From Vibrio alginolyticus NBRC 15630 = ATCC 17749 (lineage in GTDB: Bacteria > Pseudomonadota > Gammaproteobacteria > Enterobacterales > Vibrionaceae): DNA of 32,000 nucleotides. A program made the translations under genes and the position numbers. The notes beneath the pieces were generated by a model that made no database searches, was not told the origin of the DNA, and saw only the letters and a program-made list of their open reading frames with translations. Shown here piece by piece: positions 8,610 to 16,915 of the stretch. The stretch covers positions 1,290,001 through 1,322,000 of the forward strand of contig NC_022359.1 in the NCBI RefSeq assembly GCF_000354175.2. The letters are read 5' to 3'. The number at the start of each line of letters is the position of its first letter. Positions within the stretch are counted from its first letter, which is position 1.

Positions 8610-8850
8610 AGAGTTATTTGATCCTTCAATTTATCTTACAGTGGGACTCCATAGATTGTGTTAATGATTGCACTTAATTGAACGGTGTGCAATTGATATT
8701 TTAATGGGTTTTTTGATCACTGAAAATGTTGATTTATTGGCAAACTGCTCAACATTAAAACGTTTGCGCGTGCACTTTTCATTAAAGTTTGATTTACAAC
8801 ATGCCCATCCATAGAATCCATGATTCAGTCTAATAAAAAGAAGTAAAGCC

Positions 8851-9690
8851 ATGAAACTGGAAACTGTCGATTATCTTGCTGACGATGCTGCTCAACAGTT
8901 CGTTACCTCTCTACGCGAAACGGGGTTCGGTGTGTTGAAAAACCACCCGATTCCACAAGAGCTTGTAGAGTCAATTTACAAAAACTGGCATGAGTTTTTC
9001 TGTTCAGAACAAAAGAATGATTTTCACTTTAACGTAGACACCCAAGATGGCTACTTCCCACCTTCTGTGTCTGAAGTGGCGAAAGGGCACAAAGTGAAAG
9101 ACATCAAAGAGTACTTTCATGTTTACCCTTGGGGTCAGATCCCAGAGCAGCTTAAAGCTGAAATCTTAGAGTACTACGAGCGTGCCAATGCATTTGCTCA
9201 AGAGCTATTAGGTTGGGTTGAAGCGTACGCACCTAAGGACGTTCAAGAGAAGTTCTCTATCGCGTTGTCAGAAATGATCAATAACAGTGACAAAACATTA
9301 CTACGCGTGCTTCACTATCCACCGATGACAGGCGAAGAAGAGCCAGGCGCTATTCGTGCTGCTGCGCATGAAGACATTAACCTGTTAACGGTTTTGCCTG
9401 CTGCTAATGAGCCTGGACTGCAAGTAAAGAGTAAAGAGGGTGATTGGATCGATGTACCATGTGACTTCGGAAACTTAATCATCAATATTGGTGATATGCT
9501 TCAAGAAGCGTCAGGTGGTTATTTCCCTTCAACGACTCACCGTGTAATCAACCCTACGGGTGGCCGTCAAGAAAAGTCACGTATTTCATTACCGTTGTTC
9601 CTGCATCCAAAGCCGGAAGTGGTGTTATCTGAACGCTACACTGCACATAGCTACCTTATGGAACGTTTACGTGAGCTAGGGGTTATTTAA
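8851..9690 (+). CDS. 2-oxoglutarate/Fe(II)-dependent oxygenase (isopenicillin-N-synthase-like family)
   Basis: HxD...H facial triad (AAHEDINLLTVL ... STTHRV) and the RISLPLF arginine of the 2OG-binding RxS motif. 279 aa. Confidence 0.85.
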   Translation: MKLETVDYLADDAAQQFVTSLRETGFGVLKNHPIPQELVESIYKNWHEFFCSEQKNDFHFNVDTQDGYFPPSVSEVAKGHKVKDIKEYFHVYPWGQIPEQLKAEILEYYERANAFAQELLGWVEAYAPKDVQEKFSIALSEMINNSDKTLLRVLHYPPMTGEEEPGAIRAAAHEDINLLTVLPAANEPGLQVKSKEGDWIDVPCDFGNLIINIGDMLQEASGGYFPSTTHRVINPTGGRQEKSRISLPLFLHPKPEVVLSERYTAHSYLMERLRELGVI

Positions 9691-9710
9691 CCTTTACGTG
9701 ATCTCCTTAC

Positions 9711-9744
9711 AAAGGCCGATGGTGAATGACTATCGGCCTTTTTG
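9711..9744 (+). terminator. Rho-independent terminator of the 2OG oxygenase gene
   Basis: AAAGGCCGAT - 11-nt loop - ATCGGCCTTT followed by TTTG, 21 nt after the stop codon. Confidence 0.75.
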
Positions 9745-9818
9745 CATTTATGCTACAAAGTGGAAATTATGTTTTTTGTGCCGTGAATGGGGCCCTAAAC
9801 TCGTGTCAGAGAGGATGA

Positions 9819-10439
9819 ATGGAAGGACAACGTACTGTCAATAGTATTGAGCCTCATGCAATAGAAAATCCGCTGCTTTGGCCAATGTTAGAAATTCTGA
9901 GAAAACAGCCCTCTAATTGGAAAGTGCACACCTTGGCAAGCTCGTTGGGTGAACAAGGTTATATTTCAAAGCTGGACGACTCTCCCGATAAGGATTTATT
10001 CAAAAGAAATTTCCTGATCATGAATGCATTATATCAACTGCAAGACACTCTGTATCCGGATAGCTGGCTTCAAGTCGAAGCCATGGATATTCAGCTCATG
10101 TCTTCGATGGAAGCTTTGAGGCATAAGATCGATATTCATGATCCTTTGCGTGAGTATTACTTAGATTGGCGCAATTACGAAGCGGACGAAGATGAAGTGC
10201 GTCGACTGTTGAATGAATTTTGGACAACTTATCAAAAGTTCATCGGTGGTTCGTCAGTAGCCAGCGTAGATAAGACAAAGGCACTGTCACTATTTGAACT
10301 TAACACTGACGCTACGCCTGCGGAAATTAGAAAACAATGGCGAAAACTCGCGCTTCGTTGGCATCCTGATCGAGAAAATGGCGATGCAGAAAGATTTAGA
10401 GTTCTTTGTGAAGCGTGGAATGTACTGAGAAACGAATGA
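9819..10439 (+). CDS. DnaJ-related protein (C-terminal J-domain with HPD motif, uncharacterised N-terminal domain)
   Basis: The C-terminus LFELNTDATPAEIRKQWRKLALRWHPDRENGDAERFRVLCEAWNVL is a J-domain core. GAGAGGA RBS upstream of the ATG. Confidence 0.75.
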   Translation: MEGQRTVNSIEPHAIENPLLWPMLEILRKQPSNWKVHTLASSLGEQGYISKLDDSPDKDLFKRNFLIMNALYQLQDTLYPDSWLQVEAMDIQLMSSMEALRHKIDIHDPLREYYLDWRNYEADEDEVRRLLNEFWTTYQKFIGGSSVASVDKTKALSLFELNTDATPAEIRKQWRKLALRWHPDRENGDAERFRVLCEAWNVLRNE

Positions 10440-10462
10440 TTCGCTAAGAATAAAGATAAAGG

Positions 10463-10490
10463 AAGGCAGCTAACTATAGCTGCCTTTTGA
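10463..10490. terminator. Bidirectional terminator between convergent DnaJ-related and ABC-class ATPase genes
   Basis: AAGGCAGCTA - ACTA - TAGCTGCCTT, a 10-bp perfect stem followed by TTGA, with A-rich sequence on the other side. Confidence 0.75.
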
Positions 10491-10518
10491 TTGAACTGTC
10501 TCTGTCAGCGTATCAAAA

Positions 10519-12174
10519 CTAGCATGATGACTTAAACTGAGATTTTCGCATGCGGTTGAGGGCAGCCATAACGTCTAGTGTGCGTGGTTTGGCTAAGTCG
10601 CCTTGCTTAGGAAGAGCGGCATGCCACTCACCAGACAGCATTTCTTCAATCTCCTTCGCCGGATGATTACACCAACCTGGAAGTTGAGCAATTTGGAACC
10701 ATAACCAGCCAATTGTGTTGACTTCATCGGCTGACTCTATCTGTTCCAAAGCGCTAAGATCAGTAAACTCTTTACCAAATCGAAGTGACTCTTTGCCTTT
10801 CGCATTCACACGGAACTTGCCGTCAGTAAGAATATTCATCAACGCAACGCGGTTCAGTGCTCGAGGTGGGAAGGTCTGTAAACGTTCTTCTGACTCGTTA
10901 TGGCGTTGAGTAGGGTGCTGAGCGATAACTTCTTTCGCTTTTTCAGTCACATCAACGGCTTGGTAGTCGTGCATTTGAATGACGGTATCGGCAACGTCTA
11001 AGTAGTCGCCCGACCCACCCATAACGATAATGGTAGAGATATCAAGATCATCTCGTAATTGACCAATGCGGTCGACGAGAGGAGTAATTGGCTCATCACC
11101 TTTTGCCACCAATGCCTGCATACGCTCATCTCTAATCATGAAGTTGGTAGCAGAAGTATCTTCATCAATCAATAATGTGCTTGCACCCGCTTCAATAGAC
11201 TCTTGAAGCCAAGCGGCTTGCGACGTTGAGCCTGATGCGTCTTGAGTAGAAAAGTCCGCCGTATCTTTACCCATCGGTAAATGGTTGATGTAGTTTGACA
11301 GGTTCAAGTGGTGTACGCATCGGCCATCTTCGGCACGAATCTTCATAGCCTTGTTATCGGCAACAATGTATTCGCGACCATCTCCTGGAATATGATCGTA
11401 AATTGAACGCTCTATTGCATTTAATAAGGTAGATTTACCGTGGAAGCCACCACCTACAATCAGTGTGATACCTTTTGGAATTCCTAATCCTGTGACATGG
11501 CCCTTGTTTGGCGCATGTAAAGTGACTTGTAGAGATTCAGGGGCTTTAAACTCAACGGCTTCTTTCATTGGAAGGTCGCAATTACCTGCAATTCGAGGAA
11601 GAATACTGCCGTTTGCGACAAACGCGACTAAGTTATTGGCCTCTAACTGTTCTCGTAGGGCATCTTGGTCTTCAACAACTTGGCAGTGCTTAATTAAAGC
11701 GGCTTTGTCGAGTTCACGCTCTAAAGTTGCTCGACGGATAAACTTAGGCAGGTGGAAAGTCAGTATGTTGTTGGCTTTTTTCCCCAATACTGAACGACCT
11801 TCGGCTGGTAAGTTAACTCGAAAACGCAGTTCAATACCTTCTTCAGTAAACAACACCGCGGTGCTATCCAGTACAGTTTGGCCTGTCAGTGAAATTGATA
11901 CTGAGTTTTCTTGTTTAGCAAACTGTTCAAAACTACGCGCAATAAAATCACGTGCAGCTCTTTGAAATGCAGGAGACTCGTCTCTTAGCCACTCAAGACC
12001 AGTCAAAGACCATGCGCGAGTCGCACGAAAACGTGACGCCGATGCATAAGGGTCACCCTGTACATGATCGATAAACAAAGTGAAATCAGTGAAGTCGTAT
12101 TGACCTTTGATTTGCTGATAAGCTCGGTAGTTCTGCTTTTCAATTTTCTTAAGCGTGGCAGTCAACTGATCCAT
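10519..12174 (-). CDS. Predicted ATPase of the ABC class (ABC_ATPase / COG3044-type), function unknown
   Basis: 551 aa. P-loop GGGFHGKSTLLNAIE, followed by the acidic LLIDEDTSATNF Walker-B-like block. Overall layout matches my recollection of the uncharacterised 'ATPase of the ABC class' family. No transmembrane partner is adjacent. Confidence 0.75.
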   Translation of the reverse strand: MDQLTATLKKIEKQNYRAYQQIKGQYDFTDFTLFIDHVQGDPYASASRFRATRAWSLTGLEWLRDESPAFQRAARDFIARSFEQFAKQENSVSISLTGQTVLDSTAVLFTEEGIELRFRVNLPAEGRSVLGKKANNILTFHLPKFIRRATLERELDKAALIKHCQVVEDQDALREQLEANNLVAFVANGSILPRIAGNCDLPMKEAVEFKAPESLQVTLHAPNKGHVTGLGIPKGITLIVGGGFHGKSTLLNAIERSIYDHIPGDGREYIVADNKAMKIRAEDGRCVHHLNLSNYINHLPMGKDTADFSTQDASGSTSQAAWLQESIEAGASTLLIDEDTSATNFMIRDERMQALVAKGDEPITPLVDRIGQLRDDLDISTIIVMGGSGDYLDVADTVIQMHDYQAVDVTEKAKEVIAQHPTQRHNESEERLQTFPPRALNRVALMNILTDGKFRVNAKGKESLRFGKEFTDLSALEQIESADEVNTIGWLWFQIAQLPGWCNHPAKEIEEMLSGEWHAALPKQGDLAKPRTLDVMAALNRMRKSQFKSSC

Positions 12175-12200
12175 GAAGATATTGGCCTTTTAATAGAAGC

Positions 12201-12227
12201 GGGCGGCGATTATAGAAACCACCGCCC
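12201..12227 (-). terminator. Possible terminator hairpin after the GAF-EAL gene
   Basis: On the minus strand GGGCGGUG - 11-nt loop - CGCCGCCC (one G-U pair, which is a C-A mismatch on the plus strand, so the structure favours the minus transcript). The U-tract is poor (CGCTTCTATT). Confidence 0.3.
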
Positions 12228-12245
12228 TCATAGTAAAGAGAATGC

Positions 12246-14168
12246 TTAGGAAGAGTAGGCGTATTGCCCGCCAGAAAGGCGTTGATTAAACAAACTTTGC
12301 TCAAATTCATTACAAGGCATAGGTTTACCATAAAGAAAACCTTGTCCGATATCACAACCCTCACCAATAAGAAACTGCTCTTGTTGGTGGGATTCAATGC
12401 CCTCGATCACTACTTGGAGTTCCAGTTTTTTTGCAATGTGTATGATTGAACAAATGATCTCGCGATCATCATCTGACTTTTCCATTTGCTGGACGAAGCT
12501 TTTATCAATTTTGATGGCATCAAACGGATATTTCTTTAAATAGCTGAACGAAGCATATCCTGTACCAAAATCATCAAGTGACAATGTCACACCTAGTTTA
12601 TGCAACTTATTTAACGTTGTGCGTGCTACTATTTCATCAGCAATTAGAGCGCTCTCGGTTACTTCGAGTTCGAGAAAGTGTGCTGGCAAATGGAAAGTGT
12701 CGAGTAGGTGTTGCACTTGTTCTGCAAAATTTACGTTTTGTAATTGAATGGGAGAAACGTTGACGGCAATTTTGAAGTTATCGATTAACTCAGACCATTG
12801 TTTCGCTTTGTCTATCGCGGTACGCAGAACAAAAGAGCCAACTTCAAAGATAAGCCCGTTTTGTTCGGCCATATGTATCAATGCTTCGTTGGAAACGTCG
12901 CCAAGTATTGGATGTCTCCAACGAAGCAAGGCTTCTGCGCCAATCCATTTACGTGTTTTGGAGTCTACTTGAGGTTGAAAGTACAACACTAAATCGTCGT
13001 TACGCACTGCTTGTAAAAGGTAACTTTCCAGTTCATTGTGACTATTGAGATCCGCCGAATGATTTTCTCTAAAATAACTAAAAGGTTCGCCGGATTCTTT
13101 ACATAGAAGCATCGCGTAACATGCATGTTGAAGGATACGCTTAGCATTGCTGCAATCTTTGTAAGCTTGAACTATACCGATATACGTGTGCAAATGTATT
13201 TCTGTTTTGTTGAAGACAAATCCATCTACGCTAATTTTAGTGATATCATCTAATAGTTGATTTAACCGAGCTTCAATATCCTCTCCCCAAATCAATAAAA
13301 CCATGTCATTCGAACTTGGTCTACCAGTGATAAATCCGCTAGCACCGTGTCTGGTTAATCTGGAGTGAAATTCTTTTAAAATGTTGTCAAAGACCTCGAA
13401 CCCGTGCCTGGTCTGAATACTGCGAGCGTTACTAAAACCAATGTTGATGACCACAAGCGATTGCTGATCACTATCAAGGGACTGTAAGGTGTATTGGACA
13501 ATGTTCTCAAGTGCAGAACGATTTAGAAATCCAGTTCCCTGATCATGTGTTTTTTGGTAGCTCACTTGTTTTTCCGCGGCTTTACGGCGATCAATTTCTT
13601 GTGTTAAGGAGTAACTTAACTGGGCTAAATCCGTGGTACGATTTTCAATTCGACTCTTTAGCTCGGTGTTAAGTCGCTGAAGTTTATGTTGTTGGTACAC
13701 AACTGAAAGCTGTGCTTCGATTGAATCTTTGAAAGTTTCAAGCAACTGACGGTAACTATCGTTGTACTCGTTTCTCTCAGAGTCAAGCATACAGATTGTT
13801 CCAAATGACTCCCCATTTGGCCAGAATAGCGGTAAGCCGCAATAAGAAATCATGCCTAGTTTGATGTCTGGGTTATTTTGCCATTCTTCATCTTCAAGCG
13901 CATTGGGGATTACAAGCTCGCCTTTCTGTTCTATAACTTGCTCGCAATACAAACCGTTACCAAGCTGCTCTGCATCGCCAGTACGATAAGGATTACCTAG
14001 AGTTTCGCTAGATGTATTTACTTCTATGCGATCCGGATGGATACGCATAATTAATGTGGTGGGTACGTGTGTTATTTGAGCCAGTAAGTTGACGATTTCT
14101 TGCCAACTTCTTCGCATAGACTCAGGGATTTCGTAGTCTAATGTTTGCAATCTCCCCATATAGGTCAT
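12246..14168 (-). CDS. c-di-GMP phosphodiesterase: GAF - degenerate GGDEF - EAL
   Basis: EAL-domain catalytic blocks are all present: EALLRW, NVSP, ELEVTE, DDFGTGYASFSYL, KIDKSF, EGIE, QGFLYGKP. The GGDEF-domain signature position reads SSNDM (degenerate). The N-terminal GAF-like block is ...NPDIKLGMISYCGLPLFWPNGESFGTICMLD. ATG 14159 is an alternative start. Confidence 0.85.
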   Translation of the reverse strand: MTYMGRLQTLDYEIPESMRRSWQEIVNLLAQITHVPTTLIMRIHPDRIEVNTSSETLGNPYRTGDAEQLGNGLYCEQVIEQKGELVIPNALEDEEWQNNPDIKLGMISYCGLPLFWPNGESFGTICMLDSERNEYNDSYRQLLETFKDSIEAQLSVVYQQHKLQRLNTELKSRIENRTTDLAQLSYSLTQEIDRRKAAEKQVSYQKTHDQGTGFLNRSALENIVQYTLQSLDSDQQSLVVINIGFSNARSIQTRHGFEVFDNILKEFHSRLTRHGASGFITGRPSSNDMVLLIWGEDIEARLNQLLDDITKISVDGFVFNKTEIHLHTYIGIVQAYKDCSNAKRILQHACYAMLLCKESGEPFSYFRENHSADLNSHNELESYLLQAVRNDDLVLYFQPQVDSKTRKWIGAEALLRWRHPILGDVSNEALIHMAEQNGLIFEVGSFVLRTAIDKAKQWSELIDNFKIAVNVSPIQLQNVNFAEQVQHLLDTFHLPAHFLELEVTESALIADEIVARTTLNKLHKLGVTLSLDDFGTGYASFSYLKKYPFDAIKIDKSFVQQMEKSDDDREIICSIIHIAKKLELQVVIEGIESHQQEQFLIGEGCDIGQGFLYGKPMPCNEFEQSLFNQRLSGGQYAYSS

Positions 14169-14263
14169 CCTTTACGTGGTTTCACTTCCTGTGAATTTAA
14201 AAATGCAGACTGCTCTATTTTGTTCTCGCTTTTTAATTAAGTATAGGGTGGCTAGGGCTCGAA

Positions 14264-14295
14264 ACAAAAAAAAGTCCTGAAAAGAGTTCAGGACT
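14264..14295 (-). terminator. Strong rho-independent terminator of fabV
   Basis: Minus strand: AGTCCTGAA - CUCUU - TTCAGGACT followed by eight T residues. It lies 46 nt after the fabV stop. Confidence 0.85.
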
Positions 14296-14340
14296 AGGAA
14301 TAGTTGTCACATATCTCATCCTTGAAACAGGTAACAAGCA

Positions 14341-15540
14341 TCAAGGCTTAAGCGACATTAACGATTCAATAGAAATGTCTTGCGAATAGTCGACATCTTC
14401 AAAGTTAAAGCCATTGAGCTTCATAAACTCATCTTTAAAACCTTGGTAATCACCAATCTCTTTAAAGTTATCAGCATTCATCTGTTCTAAAAGAGCGTGG
14501 ACTTCTTGTTGAACTTGCGGTTCAAGTTCCAAGTCATCTATTCGAATCAAGCGTTCACCGTCAACTGGCACTTTCTCTTGATCGTATAACTTCGTAGTAA
14601 ACAGTCGCTGCATTTGTTCAATACAGCGTTCGTGAGTACCTTTTTCCTTCATCACTCTATAAAGCGCTAACAGGTAGGGACTTAGCGCAGGGATGAATAC
14701 ACTGGCTTTCGTCACCAACGCCTTACACACGGTTGCGTAAGCACCGCCGTCAAAGTTGGCGAGTTTGAGGTTTAATGAATGACTGGTTTGGTGTAAATCG
14801 ATTTTCGCTCGACCTAACGTACCATCGAGATAAATTGGGTGCGTAATGTCAGGGCCCATGTAAGAAAAGGCGATGGTTTTGCAGCCGTTTGAAATAGAGT
14901 CGTTATTGATGAGTGTGTCAATCCAGCTTTCCCAGTCTTCGCCGCCCATTACTTTAATGGTGGCATTGGCTTCCTCTTCTGTTGCAGGCGTTAAGGTGGT
15001 TTCTATCCACTTATCGTTCTCCAGCATGATAGAAGCGCCAGTGACAGGTTCACCAATCGGTTTAATGACACTGCGCCAAAACTCATCAGATTCAGGTTTA
15101 GGTCGAACACCGGTTGCCAAGCTATAGATGACTAAGTCAACTTCACCCTCAAAGTACGTTTCAATGGCTTCAATCACTTGATTGCGCACCGAACCAGAGA
15201 ATGCATCGCCAACAATATTTATTGCGGTACGCCCGGCTTGATTTGCTTCCTTCTTAAAAAAGACGTTGTTATACCAACCCGCACTCCCAACCCCTTTCTC
15301 TGAAGGGCCACGCTCAAATGAGACGCCAATGGTATCGGCGTTAGCGCCACCGAACGTTAGGGCTATTCGGGCCGCTAGGCCGAAACCAGAGGAGGCACCA
15401 ATAATCAAAACCCGTTTTGGGCCTTTTTTGATCTGTGGGGCGCGTTTTACGTATTCAATTTGCTCTTTAATAGATGCATGACACCCTTTGGGGTGCGCAG
15501 AGCGAGCAACAACACCTTGAATTAACGGTTCTATTCGCAT
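14341..15540 (-). CDS. fabV: Enoyl-[acyl-carrier-protein] reductase FabV / trans-2-enoyl-CoA reductase family
   Basis: 399 aa. ...HPKGCHASIKEQIEYVK...KRVLIIGASSGFGLAARIA... parallels V. cholerae FabV (HPVGCEANVKEQIAYTK...KRVLVVGASSGYGLSSRIA). The family Tyr-X8-Lys motif is present as YLDGTLGRAK. Confidence 0.85.
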   Translation of the reverse strand: MRIEPLIQGVVARSAHPKGCHASIKEQIEYVKRAPQIKKGPKRVLIIGASSGFGLAARIALTFGGANADTIGVSFERGPSEKGVGSAGWYNNVFFKKEANQAGRTAINIVGDAFSGSVRNQVIEAIETYFEGEVDLVIYSLATGVRPKPESDEFWRSVIKPIGEPVTGASIMLENDKWIETTLTPATEEEANATIKVMGGEDWESWIDTLINNDSISNGCKTIAFSYMGPDITHPIYLDGTLGRAKIDLHQTSHSLNLKLANFDGGAYATVCKALVTKASVFIPALSPYLLALYRVMKEKGTHERCIEQMQRLFTTKLYDQEKVPVDGERLIRIDDLELEPQVQQEVHALLEQMNADNFKEIGDYQGFKDEFMKLNGFNFEDVDYSQDISIESLMSLKP

Positions 15541-15622
15541 GTTGTTATCTATCCTCGATGAGTGGAATTGAAAATAGATTAACGTAAAGTTACGTAAAAC
15601 TTATTGAGCTAGACCATTAAAA

Positions 15623-16224
15623 TTAGAGATGTTTAATTAATTCTTGAGCAACGAAATCAGCGATCCAAGGTTGTGCATCTGGTTTTGGGTGAAGGCCATC
15701 ATCCATCATCCATTCTGGTTTGGTGACAACATGCTCTAAGAAGAATGGCATCAAGGCAACTTGTTGATGCTGTGCAAGCTTAGGGTAGATATCGTAAAAC
15801 ATATCGCTATAGCGCTTACCATAATTAGGTGGAACCCGAATTTGCATCATGACAACGTCCGCACCAGAATCTTTTACCATGGTAATCATTTTTGAAAGAT
15901 TCGACGTAATAAGTTTAGGAGGGAAACCTCTTAGGCCATCGTTGGCACCTAACTCAATAAGTACCATGTCAGGGCTATGCTGAGTTAGCAACTGAGGTAA
16001 CCGTGCTAAGCCATTGCCGGTTGTATCGCCAGAAATGCTGGCATTAATAACTGTTACATCTTGACCATGTTCTGACAACGCATCAGGGAGTAAGCTAGGC
16101 CAACTCTCTTCGATTGGCATCTGATAGCCTGCACTCAAGCTATCACCCAAGACAAGTAGCTTTTCGCTCGCATGTGCAGTAGCGGAAAAACAAAAAATAG
16201 AACTAAGGAAAGTATACGAATCAT
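15623..16224 (-). CDS. tesA: SGNH/GDSL thioesterase I / lysophospholipase L1 (TesA); the signal-peptide region appears shifted by one base relative to the mature domain
   Basis: The mature part SEKLLVLGDSLSAGY...SISGDTT...ELGANDGLRG...DDGLHP closely parallels E. coli TesA. The only ATG with an SD (AGGTG, 5 nt spacing) is at 16224 and encodes [11 protein letters not shown]..., but in a frame offset by one base from the catalytic-domain frame. In-frame alternatives are TTG at 16228, 16258 or 16300 (see findings). Confidence 0.85.
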
Positions 16225-16915
16225 GCAAACACCTGTACTTAATGCACCTATTGTTCAAGCCAATTTGGTTTCTAAACAAGTCTCTACTAATCAAGAACAA
16301 TTAACAATCCTCAAAGACGTAAATGTTGACATCCGAAAAGGAGAAAAAATCGCCATCGTCGGAACTTCCGGTGCAGGTAAGTCAACATTGATGACGTTGC
16401 TAGCTGGTCTTGATACGCCGACATCAGGCGAAATTACTTTATTAGGTCATGAATTATCAAAACTGGACGATGAAGCACGTGCGAAAATCCGGGCTGACTC
16501 TTTAGGTTTCGTTTTCCAAAGTTTCTTGTTAATCCCGAGTTTGAGTGCATTACGTAATGTCACGCTTCCTTGTCTTTTACGTGGTGAAGCCGAAGATGAA
16601 GCAAGAGCAGCGGAATTATTAGCTGCTGTTGGATTGGAAAAACGTGTCGACCATCTACCAAGCCAGTTATCTGGTGGTGAACAACAGCGAGTTGCACTAG
16701 CGCGCGCATTTATGACACAACCTGAACTGTTGTTCGCAGACGAACCTACCGGCAATCTTGACCATCAAACCGCAGACAAAGTGATTGAGCTGCTATTCGA
16801 TCTTAATGAACAGCACGGGACAACTCTGATTTTAGTAACACACGATGGTCATCTAGCAAGCCGATGTGACCGTATTTATCGTATGGAGGCGGGTGAGCTT
16901 AAGGAGGAGATATAA
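16223..16915 (+). CDS. ybbA: ABC transporter ATP-binding protein YbbA (MacB/LolD-like type)
   Basis: Walker [10 protein letters not shown], signature LSGGEQQRV, Walker [14 protein letters not shown]-loop VTHD. The start at ATG 16223 (MQTPVL...) places the P-loop at the same distance from the N-terminus as in E. coli YbbA. The track start 16172 is an alternative. Confidence 0.85.
   Translation: MQTPVLNAPIVQANLVSKQVSTNQEQLTILKDVNVDIRKGEKIAIVGTSGAGKSTLMTLLAGLDTPTSGEITLLGHELSKLDDEARAKIRADSLGFVFQSFLLIPSLSALRNVTLPCLLRGEAEDEARAAELLAAVGLEKRVDHLPSQLSGGEQQRVALARAFMTQPELLFADEPTGNLDHQTADKVIELLFDLNEQHGTTLILVTHDGHLASRCDRIYRMEAGELKEEI

Noticed and set aside
8610-8850. Possible yjdF-type riboswitch upstream of the YjdF-like membrane protein gene, and the 63-aa ORF 8661..8852
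   Set aside because: The known yjdF riboswitch belongs to Firmicutes and precedes an unrelated protein family. I see none of its conserved structure here. The 63-aa ORF is Cys/Lys/Phe-rich, lies in the divergent promoter spacer and has no RBS.
11465-11965. 166-aa plus-strand ORF inside the ABC-class ATPase gene, and similar long shadow ORFs (17967..18449 minus in ybbP, 26424..26867 minus in galE, 16447..16755 minus in ybbA, 14873..15127 plus in fabV, 28355..28654 minus in the heme receptor)
   Set aside because: All lie antisense to, or out of frame within, genes with strong family motifs. Their translations are low-complexity (Ser/Arg/Leu/Ala-rich), and they lack RBSs and recognisable motifs. 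These are typical shadow ORFs.
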